Of a DNA stretch of 64,000 bases, positions 40,354-50,305 are shown one piece after another (positions within the stretch are counted from its first letter, which is position 1; the number at the start of each line of letters is the position of its first letter). The notes under the pieces are model-generated. The model did not search any database, was not told where the DNA came from, and was given only the letters and a program-made list of their open reading frames with translations. Origin of the DNA: Collinsella aerofaciens (lineage in GTDB: Bacteria > Actinomycetota > Coriobacteriia > Coriobacteriales > Coriobacteriaceae); the NCBI GenBank assembly GCA_048184855.1, contig DBEYYU010000069.1:4264-68263 (forward strand). Direction: 5' to 3'. Position numbers and translations under genes: made by a program.

Positions 40354-40466
40354 AGACATTGTAGCAAGTTCGGGCGTCATGTGGGACGCCCTGTTGGGAT
40401 GAGCCCAGGCTGCCAGAAGAGAGGGAAGGCCGGCGTGCCTTGGACTCGTTCAAAGAACGAGAAGCT

Positions 40467-41405
40467 CTAGTCCTGGAACAGTGCCGTGGACAGGTAGCGC
40501 TCACCGGTGTCGGCGAGCAGCGCCACGATGGTCTTGCCCTCGTTCTCGGGGCGCTTGGCCAGCTGCAGCGCGGCCCACACGGCGGCGCCGGACGAAATGC
40601 CCACGAGCACGCCCTCCTTGTGGCCCACGGCGCGGCCGGTCGCAAAGGCGTCGTCGTTCTCGACGGGGATGATCTCGTCATAGACCTGGGTGTCGAGGAC
40701 GTCGGGCACAAAGCCGGCGCCGATACCCTGGATCTTGTGCGGGCCGGCTTGGCCCTTAGAGAGCACCGGGGAAGTGGCGGGCTCAACGGCGACGACCTGA
40801 ATCTCGGGGTTCTGCTCCTTGAGGAACTCACCCACGCCGGTCACGGTGCCGCCGGTTCCAACGCCGGCGACGAAGATGTCGACCTCGCCGTCGGTGTCAT
40901 CCCAGATTTCGGGGCCGGTCGTGGCCTTGTGGATGGCGGGGTTGGCGGGGTTCACAAACTGGCCGGCGATGATGCTGTTGGGCGTCTCCTTCTGCAGCTC
41001 CTCGGCCTTGGCGATGGCGCCCTTCATGCCCTTGGAGCCGTCGGTGAGCACGAGCTGTGCGCCGTATGCCTGCATAAGCTTGCGGCGCTCGACGGACATG
41101 GTCTCGGGCATGGTGATGATCACCTTGTAGCCGCGAGCCGCCGCCACCGAGGCGATGCCGACGCCGGTGTTGCCGCTCGTGGGCTCGATGATGGTGTAGT
41201 CGCCGCCGCGCACGAGCTTGCCGGCCTTCTCGGCCTCGTCGATCATGTTCTTGGCGACGCGGTCTTTGACGGACCCGGCGGGGTTGAAGTATTCCAGCTT
41301 GACGAGCACGCGGGCCTTGAGGTCCTCATCGGCCTCAAAGTGAGTGAGCTCCAGGAGCGGGGTGTGGCCGATAAGCTGATCGATGGACGTATAAACATTG
41401 CTCAT
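40467..41405 (-). CDS. cysK: cysteine synthase A (O-acetylserine sulfhydrylase)
   Basis: It has the PLP-lysine region ([13 protein letters not shown]), TSGNTG and GTGGT motifs, and a full-length 312 aa. Confidence 0.96.
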   Translation of the reverse strand: MSNVYTSIDQLIGHTPLLELTHFEADEDLKARVLVKLEYFNPAGSVKDRVAKNMIDEAEKAGKLVRGGDYTIIEPTSGNTGVGIASVAAARGYKVIITMPETMSVERRKLMQAYGAQLVLTDGSKGMKGAIAKAEELQKETPNSIIAGQFVNPANPAIHKATTGPEIWDDTDGEVDIFVAGVGTGGTVTGVGEFLKEQNPEIQVVAVEPATSPVLSKGQAGPHKIQGIGAGFVPDVLDTQVYDEIIPVENDDAFATGRAVGHKEGVLVGISSGAAVWAALQLAKRPENEGKTIVALLADTGERYLSTALFQD

Positions 41406-41658
41406 GGTGAACCTCCAAAGTGTTCAAATGACTGGATACCGTGTGGTTTTACGGTGTGTGTAGCAGCGAAACCCATAAACCTTATGGGTTGTTCGTTTTG
41501 CTGTTGGCAAGCATAGTAGACAGTAAAGCCTAGTAACGCAATAGGAAATAGAAGATTATTACGAGTCGATTAACCATCTTGACCGGAACGGGTATTTTCA
41601 AAACCAATTTTTCGGCTAGAATTTCTACGGACTAAATGACCGAAAGGCAGCACTATAC

Positions 41659-42087
41659 ATGTTGGTTTCTACTAAGGGCAGATATGCCCTGCGCGTTATG
41701 GTCGACCTGGCCGAGCACCAGGCGGCCGGTCGCATCCCGCTCAAAGAGATCGCGGCGCGACAGGGGATTTCCGAGAAATATCTCGAGAACATCTTGGCTA
41801 CGCTCGTGCGCGCCAACATGCTCTCGGGCATGCGCGGCAAGGGCGGCGGCTACGTGCTTACGCGCCCGCCCGAGCAGTATACGGTGGGCGAGATCCTGCG
41901 CCTGACCGAGGGCAGCTTGGCGCCGGTCGCATGCCTGGACGGCGACTGCAAGGGCTGTTCGCGTTCGGACGAGTGCCCCACGCTCGACGTGTGGAAGAAC
42001 CTGGACAAGCTCATCAACGACTACCTCGACGGTGTGACGCTTGATCAACTTGTCGCTCCCAACCATGGCTACGACTACGTCATCTAA
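41659..42087 (+). CDS. Rrf2-family transcriptional regulator (CymR/IscR-like)
   Basis: MLVSTKGRYALRVMVDLAEH... is the Rrf2 wHTH. It has C-terminal cysteines (CLDGDCKGC..C). It is divergent from cysK. Confidence 0.9.
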   Translation: MLVSTKGRYALRVMVDLAEHQAAGRIPLKEIAARQGISEKYLENILATLVRANMLSGMRGKGGGYVLTRPPEQYTVGEILRLTEGSLAPVACLDGDCKGCSRSDECPTLDVWKNLDKLINDYLDGVTLDQLVAPNHGYDYVI

Positions 42088-42157
42088 CCCATACCCGCCA
42101 TTTGGGGACGGAGCGGAAATGGTAGATTCTCTCGCCCTTTGAGACTTGACAAATAAG

Positions 42158-42197
42158 AAGGCCGCCCATTTTTGCGATGGGCGGCCTTCGTTTTGGG
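42158..42197. terminator. bidirectional terminator hairpin between the Rrf2 gene and the holin-family gene
   Basis: AAGGCCGCCCAT-ttttgcg-ATGGGCGGCCTT followed by CGTTTTGG. Confidence 0.72.
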
Positions 42198-42231
42198 TCG
42201 ATATGACGGTTCGTATTGAACAGTTCTAGCC

Positions 42232-42591
42232 CTAGGCGATGCTATCGAGAATGCTGCGCATGATGGATACCAGGATGCTGCCCATAAAGGCCGATCCAAA
42301 GCCGGCAATGGAGATACCAGCGCCCAACAGATTGACCGACAGGTAGCTGGCCAGCTCGAGCATAAAGCTGTTGACTACGAGCTGAAAAATACCAAGCGTA
42401 ATAATAGTGAGCGGCAGTGAGATGACCGTCAGGAACGGCTTGACGAGCGAATCGACGATGTTGAGGAACAGTCCCACAAAGGCGAAACAGACCCAGGCCT
42501 CGGCAAAACCGAAGGGTTGGATGCCGGGGACGAGGAACGTGGCGATCGCGATGGCGATCGAAGTAAAGAGCCAGTTAAGCATAAAGCGCAT
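42232..42591 (-). CDS. phage-holin-family (superfamily IV, DUF360-like) small membrane protein
   Basis: A 119-aa protein with four predicted TM segments. The pattern (LVKPFLTVISLPLTIITLGIFQLVVN) is typical of this family as I recall it. Confidence 0.72.
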   Translation of the reverse strand: MRFMLNWLFTSIAIAIATFLVPGIQPFGFAEAWVCFAFVGLFLNIVDSLVKPFLTVISLPLTIITLGIFQLVVNSFMLELASYLSVNLLGAGISIAGFGSAFMGSILVSIMRSILDSIA

Positions 42592-42916
42592 GGTAGGGGG
42601 TCCTTTCTTGCGCGGGGAGAGTTAGTGACGCGTGAAGCAGCTTGCCGTGGCGACTTGGACGGCTGCGCGAACGCGGGGCCTTGCCTGGATGCCCATTGTC
42701 GCAAATATTCGTGGAGCTTACGTGCGCATTCGATTTCAAAACGGCGTTCGTCCTGAAAAACGCGCCGCTGACAGAGAGTCTTGTCGCTTTAGTTTGGTGG
42801 TGTGCTACACTGCTACGGGCAAAAGCCACAGGCGTTGCCCTATTGCATAGAACGGGCGAACGATGCCCGATGTCAGTATCAACTTCGATGCCTTTTGGCG
42901 GGTTTGGCGGTGATCG

Positions 42917-43216
42917 ATGAATATCGAGAACATGTTTGACAAGCCTGATGTCAAGCAGCTGGTCCACGCATTTAGCCTTTTGGACGACGAGAAGGATATC
43001 CAAGCGTTTTTGACCGATATCTGCACGCCGCGCGAGATTTGCGACCTTTCTCAGCGTTTGCAGGTTGCGCGCTATTTGGACGAGGGCGAGCCTTATGTTG
43101 AGGTTCAGGCCCGTACCGGCGCTTCGTCCACCACGGTGAGCCGCGTTTCAAAGGCGCTGAACGGCGAGTACGGTGGCTACCGCAAGATCCTCATTAAGTT
43201 GGAGGATGGCGAGTAG
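42917..43216 (+). CDS. YerC/YecD-family TrpR-like protein
   Basis: FLTDICTPREICDLSQRLQVARYL..G.PY.EVQARTGASSTTVSRVSKAL matches the YerC/YecD pattern. Confidence 0.85.
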   Translation: MNIENMFDKPDVKQLVHAFSLLDDEKDIQAFLTDICTPREICDLSQRLQVARYLDEGEPYVEVQARTGASSTTVSRVSKALNGEYGGYRKILIKLEDGE

Positions 43217-43242
43217 GCCAGCGACAACATTGAATTACGAAG

Positions 43243-43268
43243 AACCGTCCCTCCGGGGGCGGTTTTTA
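43243..43268 (+). terminator. candidate intrinsic terminator
   Basis: AACCGTCCC-tcc-GGGGGCGGTT followed by TTTATAT. Confidence 0.5.
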
Positions 43269-43400
43269 TATGCCTGCAATCGGCTGGTGCGTTGGGTTCA
43301 GGTTGCTTTGTACCAAAAGATGGAACTGCGGTGGCAATGTGTCCGCTTGGGCGGGTAGGATGGATGCATTGATTATTGCGAACGGTTTGAGCGGAGGACC

Positions 43401-46400
43401 ATGCCTGTTCGAATCTATACCACCAATGCCGGCACGGATTTGAGCGATGCCGAGTCGGCGCTGCTTGCCGACCTTATTGCCCGTCAAGGGCGTGCCGTGT
43501 TGCTGGCACCAACGTTTGCCGAGCTCGACCTGTGCCGTCATGATGTGGCGGAAGCCGGGGTTTCACTGGGTATCGACTACAAGACGCCTTCGTCGTGGCT
43601 TCGCTCGCTTTGGGAGCTTTTGGGCGACGGGCGCGATTTCGTCGACAACCTGCAGCGCCAGATGCTGTTCTCGGACATGATCGACCGCCGCGACGACGCT
43701 GCTTTGCAGCCGCTCTCGCGCAGCCAAGGCACGGTACGCATGCTTTCGCGCATGGCCCGCGATGTGTTGCCTGGCGTGGCGGGGACGGGCGACGAACGCT
43801 GCCGCGATGCCGTCGCTCAGCCCGAGCCCAAAAGCGACGCTGAGGCCCGCGTGTTCGAGCTGTTGAGCGCCTATGCGAGCGGTTTGGACCGTCGAGATAT
43901 GGTCGAGCCCTGCGAGGCAGCCGACATTATGGCCGGTGCCCTGGCCGATAGCCTGCCGGCGTGCGCCCGCGCCGTATGCGTGCGCGGTACCACGTCGTTT
44001 ACGCACGGTCTACTCGAGCTGCTGTCTGCCGTGGCGAACAATGGGGGAGAGGTCGTCGTGCTGCTTGCCCGCGAGCAGGCGGCGATGCGCGAGGAGCTTG
44101 CCACGGCATTTGATGCCCGCGGTGTGCTGTTTGAGATCGCGCCGCTGGGGGAGGACGCCGTCGCGTCTGATGTCGCTTGCGGGGCCGCCGCTCAGCCTGC
44201 CTTTATTGAGGTCGCCGGCCCCCATGCCCGTGCTCATGTCTATGCGGACGCCATCGATAAGTTGGTGAAAGCGCACAAGGAGTCCAAGGCCGATAAAGCT
44301 ACTGCAACGCCCGCCGACCCCGTGCGCGTGCTCGTCGTTTCTGCCCGGGCACCCCAGCTGTTCGGCGAGCTCGCCGCCCGTTTGGCGGCGCGTCACATTG
44401 CGGCCGAGACGACTGAGTTCACGGCGTTTTCCCAGTCCATCGCGGGCAGGCAGTTTACGGCGCTCGCCAACCTGATCGAGCGTATGAAAGCCGCCGACGA
44501 GGGCACCGCTTCCAAGACTGAGTGGTGGCCCGCGCCGGAGCTTACCGACTGGATCTACAGTCCGCTTTCGGGCGCTGATGCCGTCAATGCCCGTACCTTC
44601 GATAAGAATATGCGTCTCTCGCGCAGCAAGACTACCGCGGGCGTCAAGAGCCTGCTGCAGAGCGTTCAGGGCCAGGTGAGGGGCGCGCGCAAGGCGACGA
44701 GCGACGATAACTGGTTTAAGAACGTACCGTGTGTGGTCTCGGACGTGTTCCAGGCGCTGTGGCGTGACAAGCCCGTGACGGCGCTTAAGGCCATGCTTGC
44801 CGTTGCCGAGGCGTTGCCCGATCGCGCTCTAGGCGGCCTTGACGGCCAGGCCCGTCGCCAGGCAGAGACGGCTTTGCTGCGCCATGCCATCGACATCCTT
44901 ATGAACGATGCTCGCGCGCTCGACGTGTCGCAGGCCGCGACCGTGCCGGTTCTCGACGGCGTTCGAACCAAGGTGGACAAGCGCAGTACCGCCTACGATT
45001 ACGAGACCTATGAGGTCGATCGCACACCACGAGCACAAGTGCGCTTCGCGTCGCTTGCCGATGCGTCGGTTCTTCGCCCTGGCAGCTACGATGCCGTGCT
45101 GTTTGCCGATGTCGACCTGGACAGCTATCCGCTTTCGCACGAAGAGGGCCCGCTTGCCACGTTGACAGCCGAGCTGCGCCGCGACGGCGTGTCTTTGGAG
45201 CCCGCTGCCCTGCTGCGCGTGCGCTTTGGCCGTGCGATGCAGGCGGCGAGCGGTCCGGTCGCGCTCGCCCGTGTGACGCACGATCGCCAGGCACGCGAGT
45301 GCTACCCGGCAGCCGTATGGACCGAGCTGTGGGCACATGCCGAGGCCGCTGGCGCTGCCAAGCCCATGCGCGTGGGCGAGGGCGATATCATCGCCGACTT
45401 TGATCCCGCGGCAGGTGAAGGCCTCAAGCGCGAGCGCGTGACCTGTGAAGCCCCTCAGCATCTGAGTGCCGAGGCCGTGCCGTATTTGGTCCTGCGCCGT
45501 CGCGATGGCGAGGGTGAGGACGCGCCGCTCGTGCCGCGTCTGACGTCCGCCTCGCAGATCGAGGCCTATTCGACCTGCCCGCTATGCTGGTTCGTCTCGT
45601 ACCGCGTGAAGCCCCAGTCGATCGACGCGGGCTTTGGCAACATGGAAAAGGGCAACTTTGTCCACGACGTGCTGGAGCATCTGCATGCCCGTCTGCCCCA
45701 AGAGGGCATGGAGCGCGTGACGCCCGAGAATCTGCCGCGCGCACAGGAGCTGCTGCACGAGGTCTTTGACGAGACGTTGGCCGAGCACGCCGGCAAGCGC
45801 GGCACGGAGGGCCCGCTGGTGCCGCTCTCTGCGGTGGAGGAACGCCAGGTGGCCGAGATCTTGCCGCAGCTGGAGGGTGTGCTTGCCTACGAGTCCGAGG
45901 CACTTGCCCCCTTTGCCCCGCGCTACCTGGAGTTTGCGTTCAACGAGCTCCAGGTCGAGTATGCCGGTTGGCCGCTCGGCGGGCGCATCGACCGCGTAGA
46001 TGTGGATGCCGAGAATCGCGCCGTGGTAATCGACTACAAGCATCGTTCGGGTGTCGAGGAGTTTAAGCTTGCCGACCCCACGGTGCGTGACGAGGAGACG
46101 GGCGAGGCTCCCATCGACGACCCGCGCTGGCTGCCGCCCCATACCCAAACGCTCATCTACGCGCAGGCCATGCGTCGGGCACTGGGCTTGGATACCCGTG
46201 CAGCGCTCTATTTTTCGACCAAGGGCGGCAAGCCCGCGCTGCGCGGTGCGGCGAGCGCCGAGTTGCTCGAGGAAGAGCGCGGTGACGGTCGCATCCCGGG
46301 CCTCAAGAAGGGCTTCCCGGGCGAGGGCGGCAGCATGGACTTCGATGCCCTGCTCGATCGCGTGGAGGCCGACATCGCCGAGCGCCTGCGCGAGCTCGAG

Positions 46401-46499
46401 GCGGGCAACGTTGCCGCCATCGACCCGGCGTCGGCTCAGGCCGCGCATGCGCGCTGCTCGTATAACCACGAAGGAACGTTTGTAAGGAGGGACGTGTAG
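43401..46499 (+). CDS. AddB/RexB-like helicase-nuclease subunit with a C-terminal PD-(D/E)XK nuclease domain
   Basis: The C-terminal nuclease core is GGRIDRVDVD...VVIDYKH. It lies immediately upstream of, and 3 nt from, the AddA-like gene. The N-terminal Walker A is degenerate, as in many AddB proteins. Confidence 0.8.
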   Translation: MPVRIYTTNAGTDLSDAESALLADLIARQGRAVLLAPTFAELDLCRHDVAEAGVSLGIDYKTPSSWLRSLWELLGDGRDFVDNLQRQMLFSDMIDRRDDAALQPLSRSQGTVRMLSRMARDVLPGVAGTGDERCRDAVAQPEPKSDAEARVFELLSAYASGLDRRDMVEPCEAADIMAGALADSLPACARAVCVRGTTSFTHGLLELLSAVANNGGEVVVLLAREQAAMREELATAFDARGVLFEIAPLGEDAVASDVACGAAAQPAFIEVAGPHARAHVYADAIDKLVKAHKESKADKATATPADPVRVLVVSARAPQLFGELAARLAARHIAAETTEFTAFSQSIAGRQFTALANLIERMKAADEGTASKTEWWPAPELTDWIYSPLSGADAVNARTFDKNMRLSRSKTTAGVKSLLQSVQGQVRGARKATSDDNWFKNVPCVVSDVFQALWRDKPVTALKAMLAVAEALPDRALGGLDGQARRQAETALLRHAIDILMNDARALDVSQAATVPVLDGVRTKVDKRSTAYDYETYEVDRTPRAQVRFASLADASVLRPGSYDAVLFADVDLDSYPLSHEEGPLATLTAELRRDGVSLEPAALLRVRFGRAMQAASGPVALARVTHDRQARECYPAAVWTELWAHAEAAGAAKPMRVGEGDIIADFDPAAGEGLKRERVTCEAPQHLSAEAVPYLVLRRRDGEGEDAPLVPRLTSASQIEAYSTCPLCWFVSYRVKPQSIDAGFGNMEKGNFVHDVLEHLHARLPQEGMERVTPENLPRAQELLHEVFDETLAEHAGKRGTEGPLVPLSAVEERQVAEILPQLEGVLAYESEALAPFAPRYLEFAFNELQVEYAGWPLGGRIDRVDVDAENRAVVIDYKHRSGVEEFKLADPTVRDEETGEAPIDDPRWLPPHTQTLIYAQAMRRALGLDTRAALYFSTKGGKPALRGAASAELLEEERGDGRIPGLKKGFPGEGGSMDFDALLDRVEADIAERLRELEAGNVAAIDPASAQAAHARCSYNHEGTFVRRDV

Positions 46500-46502
46500 A
46501 CC

Positions 46503-49500
46503 ATGGATCTTTCGACTTTGATGCCGCAACAGCTGCAGATTGTCAAAACGCTCGACCGCCCGCTGTTTGTCTCGGCGGGCGCCGGTTCGGGTAAGACCTT
46601 TACCCTCACGCGCCGCATCGTCTATGCGCTCTCGCCCGAATCCGGTCCGTTCGTTGAGCATCTGGACCAGGTGCTCGCCATTACCTTTACCAAAGATGCC
46701 GCGGCCGAGATTCGCGACCGCGTGCGCCGTGCGCTTATCGACGAGGGCATGGACGAGGAAGCACTGACCGTCGACGACGCGTGGATTTCGACCATTCACG
46801 GCATGTGCTCGCGCATCCTGCGCGCACACGCGTTGGAGCTGGGCATCGATCCCGAGTTCACGGTGCTCACCGATACCGACGAGCTTATGGACCAGGCTGT
46901 TGAGCATGTGCTGGCCCGCGCGACGGCACCCGATGCCGCCCCCGAGCTCGCCGCCTCGCTCAAGGCCCTTTACGCCTGGTATCCCATGGCGGGCGAGGGC
47001 GGGCCGTTTGGTACCGGCACGACCATTAAGGGCCTGGTGCGCGAGCTGCTGGAGCTGTCGAGCCAGTTGCCGGGCGGCATGGACGACGTGCGCGTGGCGC
47101 GCGGCCAGGCCGATACCTCGGCACTCGCCGATGCCTATCGTGCGGCGCTGGGCGCAAGCAAGGCCGCGACCGAGAAAGCGCAGGTGGCGCTCGATGCCAT
47201 CGATGCGTTTGAGGCGAGCGGCAAGACCATGGCCGATGCGGCGCGACTTATGATGTCGTGCACCATGCCGCGCGCGAGCAAGGCGTTTCCTAAGGAGCAG
47301 GTGGAGCTACTCAAGGCCGAGGCGGCTGATGCGTTTATCAATATCGTGCTTGCCTGCGGCGGTTCGGCGCTCGATGCGCTGGTGGGGCTCGCCCGTGCCG
47401 TAGAGGCGGAGTACCGTGCGCTCAAGGCCGGCCAGTCCGCGCTCGATAACAACGACCTGCTGCGTATGGCTTACGAGGCGTTGCGCGATTACCCTGCCAT
47501 CCGTGCTGCGTACGAGGGCCGCTTTAAGATGGTCATGATCGATGAGTTTCAGGATACCGACCAGATGCAGGTCGATCTGATCCGTTACCTGACGGGTGCG
47601 GGGGAGCGCGCGCTGTGCACTGTGGGCGATGCGCAGCAGTCCATCTATCGCTTCCGTGGCGCCGAGGTCGAGGTGTTCCGTCGTCAGGAGCGCAAGGTGG
47701 GCTCGTCTGCCGCGCCCGAGGCGACTGCCGTGGCCGACGCCCCTGCCGGCGAACTCGTCAAACTCGTGCGCAACTTCCGCAGCCATGACGAGGTACTGCG
47801 TTACGTGGCACGCGTCTTCGACGGCGATGACGGCGGCCTGATGCAGGGCTTTTTGGATCTTGAGGCGAGCGACGGCCGCAAGGACACGCTGGTGGCAGAC
47901 GCCTCGCGTCGCCAGGCCCTCTTTGTTGCCGGCGGCAGTACGCAGGAACGCACACAGGCCAAGGCCCGTGCGATCGCCGAGCGATTCCGCGCGCTTGCCG
48001 ATGCCGGCCAGCCCCAGGGCGGCATGGTGCTGCTGCTGGGCCGCATGACCAACGCCGACGTCTACGCCCAGGCCTTCCGCGACCAGGGGCTCGACTGCGT
48101 CATCGCGGGTGGTTCGGTCTTTGCCCAGGCAGCCGAGGTGCAGACGGTGCGCGCCCTGGTATGTGCGCTCGCCAATCCGGCCGATACGGCGCGGGGCCTT
48201 ATGCCGCTGCTCGCCTCGCCGATGTTTGCGCTCGGCGCTCAGGAGTTCCTGGCGCTGGCGACCAAGCTCGATAGCGAGACAGGGGAGACCTCGCGCCGGA
48301 ATATCGACATGGGCATCATGAGCGATTCCGACGTGCCGGGTTTGCAAGACCTGCCGCTCGTGACGCGTGCCCGCGAGGTGCTGCGCTATGCACTGCGCCG
48401 CGTGGGGCGCGATTCGTTCGCCGCCATCGCGCGCGACGTGGTCAATGCCTCCGGCTGGTTCGTGCGCCTGGCGCAGCGCGGCCCCGAAGGCAAGGCCATT
48501 GCCGCCAACGTGCTCAAGGCGCTCGACGCCGTGGCCGAGGCAGAGGCCGAGCTCGGCAATTCTCCGCGTTCCATCGCGCTGGCCTTCGACCGCTTCTTGG
48601 CGGGCAAGGAGGCCCCGGGTGCCCTCAACGAGGAGGGTGACGGCGCAGTGCGCATCATGACGGTGCATGCGTCCAAGGGTCTGGAGTATCCGGTCGTGGC
48701 GGTTGCCGAGTGTTTTGGCGTGCGCAAGCCGTCCGGTGCGGCGCAGATGGGTCGCGTCGAGGGCGGAGCGCAGGTCGTGGCGCTGCCGGCACGCTTCGAC
48801 GGCGTTAAACTCGCGGACGGTACGTTCGTGAAGGGCGATGACGTCAAAAAGCAGTTTGAACACGCGTTTAAGGGCAAGGGCACGTCGCTGTGGTTGCCGC
48901 CAGAGCTTATGGAGGACGTATGCGCGACGGGCTCTCCCGCCGAGGCATTTGCCCGTCTGCGCAACGACGACCTGCAACTTTCGCTCGAAGAGCGGGCTCG
49001 TTTGCTCTATGTCGCCATGACGCGTGCGCGCGAGCTGGTGATCTTGGCGATGGATGCCGGCGTGAGCCGTGGCAAGGTGACGGCGCCGACCTTCGACGTC
49101 GAGATCGATCTGACCTACGACGTGCTGCGCCGCATCCTGCCGGCCGACAGTCTGGACATGCCGCAGCTCGATAGCGACCGTTTGGTGTTCGACAACTCCA
49201 AGCCGGGCGACTACGAGCTTATCTCGCTGGCGGACTTTACGTTTGGCGAGCAGGCGTTTGAGGCCAACGCTTCGCTGGATGTCGAGGGCAGGCTTGTTCG
49301 CGGCGATGCCGATGCCGCCGATAATGCTGCGCGCTCAACCGTGCCCGGTCCTGCCGACCCCAAGCCCGATTCGTTTGAGCTTGTGTATCCCCAGGCAGTG
49401 GGCGTGCGCATGGGCATCTGTCCGTATCCGATGCGTGATTCGTATAGCTACTCGTCAATCGCCGCGGCGCTCCATGCCGAGACGGAAGATCGTGCCGCCG

Positions 49501-50129
49501 AGGCACACGTGCCCATGGACGAGGCCGGCGATGATGCGGAGTCGGATGGCTCGGAGATGACGGATGCAGACGTGGCCGCCGTTGAGCCCGCCGGCAACCC
49601 CATGGCGCTGGGCTCGGCGTTCCACGCCGCTTGCCAGTGGCTCATCGAGATGGGTGCCGATGCGCTGCCCGCTGCGCGCGCCGATGCGCTGGCGCGCCTG
49701 TGGCGCCTGACGCCGGAGCAGCGCGAGCGCTTCGATGTCGCCCTGAATCGCTGGCTCAAGTCGGCTGTTCGTGCTGACCTGCTCGCGTGGCCGTGCGTTC
49801 GTGCCGAGGTGCCGTTCTTCTCGCTGGGCTGCGAGGACGAGGACATCGCCCGCTACGGTGCATATGCCGAAGGCGCCATCGACGCTTTGGCGACCGACCC
49901 GGCCGATCCGTCACGCGCACTGGTCATCGATTACAAGACGGGTGGCACGCCGGATGAGACGCCGGACCAGCTGCTCGAGAAGCACGCCCTGCAGGCGCGC
50001 GTCTACGCCGACGTGTTGCACAAGGCGGGCTTTGAGACGGTGACGGTCAAGCTCGTCCGCGTGGAGCAGCCGGATCCAACCATCTTCGTCGAACCCGCCG
50101 AGCCCCAAGTAGTCACCTACAATCTCTAG
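46503..50129 (+). CDS. AddA/UvrD-family ATP-dependent helicase-nuclease subunit
   Basis: It has GAGSGKTF (Walker A), DEFQDTD, the helicase motifs VGDAQQSIYRFRGA and TVHASKGLEYPVV, and a C-terminal nuclease region (VIDYKTG). Confidence 0.87.
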   Translation: MDLSTLMPQQLQIVKTLDRPLFVSAGAGSGKTFTLTRRIVYALSPESGPFVEHLDQVLAITFTKDAAAEIRDRVRRALIDEGMDEEALTVDDAWISTIHGMCSRILRAHALELGIDPEFTVLTDTDELMDQAVEHVLARATAPDAAPELAASLKALYAWYPMAGEGGPFGTGTTIKGLVRELLELSSQLPGGMDDVRVARGQADTSALADAYRAALGASKAATEKAQVALDAIDAFEASGKTMADAARLMMSCTMPRASKAFPKEQVELLKAEAADAFINIVLACGGSALDALVGLARAVEAEYRALKAGQSALDNNDLLRMAYEALRDYPAIRAAYEGRFKMVMIDEFQDTDQMQVDLIRYLTGAGERALCTVGDAQQSIYRFRGAEVEVFRRQERKVGSSAAPEATAVADAPAGELVKLVRNFRSHDEVLRYVARVFDGDDGGLMQGFLDLEASDGRKDTLVADASRRQALFVAGGSTQERTQAKARAIAERFRALADAGQPQGGMVLLLGRMTNADVYAQAFRDQGLDCVIAGGSVFAQAAEVQTVRALVCALANPADTARGLMPLLASPMFALGAQEFLALATKLDSETGETSRRNIDMGIMSDSDVPGLQDLPLVTRAREVLRYALRRVGRDSFAAIARDVVNASGWFVRLAQRGPEGKAIAANVLKALDAVAEAEAELGNSPRSIALAFDRFLAGKEAPGALNEEGDGAVRIMTVHASKGLEYPVVAVAECFGVRKPSGAAQMGRVEGGAQVVALPARFDGVKLADGTFVKGDDVKKQFEHAFKGKGTSLWLPPELMEDVCATGSPAEAFARLRNDDLQLSLEERARLLYVAMTRARELVILAMDAGVSRGKVTAPTFDVEIDLTYDVLRRILPADSLDMPQLDSDRLVFDNSKPGDYELISLADFTFGEQAFEANASLDVEGRLVRGDADAADNAARSTVPGPADPKPDSFELVYPQAVGVRMGICPYPMRDSYSYSSIAAALHAETEDRAAEAHVPMDEAGDDAESDGSEMTDADVAAVEPAGNPMALGSAFHAACQWLIEMGADALPAARADALARLWRLTPEQRERFDVALNRWLKSAVRADLLAWPCVRAEVPFFSLGCEDEDIARYGAYAEGAIDALATDPADPSRALVIDYKTGGTPDETPDQLLEKHALQARVYADVLHKAGFETVTVKLVRVEQPDPTIFVEPAEPQVVTYNL

Positions 50130-50139
50130 CCCTCAGGTA

Positions 50140-50206
50140 ACTTGCGGTGGAATAGTTCCTGTATTGCGGCCCAGATGGCCCAAGCGGGAACTATTTCACC
50201 GCAACT
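50140..50206. repeat. 20-nt inverted repeat with a 27-nt loop (family 3, copy 2), between addA and dnaE
   Basis: ACTTGCGGTGGAATAGTTCC-27 nt-GGAACTATTTCACCGCAACT. It shares the outer AGTTGCGGTGAAATA with 9101-9167, while the inner 5 bp differ in a compensated way. Confidence 0.85.
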
Positions 50207-50305
50207 GCAAGAGGAGCCGTGTGGGTTTGGCTAGGTTCGGGTGCCGTCCGTGCCGTGCGGTAAAATCGTTCAGTCAGAACACGAACCCGCATCGGAGCTC
50301 ATCAC

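Noticed and set aside
40286-40831. An N-terminal 182-aa extension of the mnmA ORF (track ORF 39185-40831)
   Set aside because: The extension is Ser/Arg/Pro-rich. It overlaps the 3' end of cysK and an intrinsic terminator. The PP-loop protein starts cleanly at the ATG at 40285, with an AAGGAGAA RBS.
42232-42591. The holin-family gene as evidence of a prophage
   Set aside because: It is a single small membrane-protein gene with no endolysin, structural, integrase or repressor genes nearby. This family is widespread as a stand-alone chromosomal gene.
43401-43440. A tRNA-like T-arm string (GTTCGAATC) near 43410
   Set aside because: It lies within the first codons of the AddB-like gene (MPVRIYT...), and no acceptor or anticodon stems can be drawn around it.
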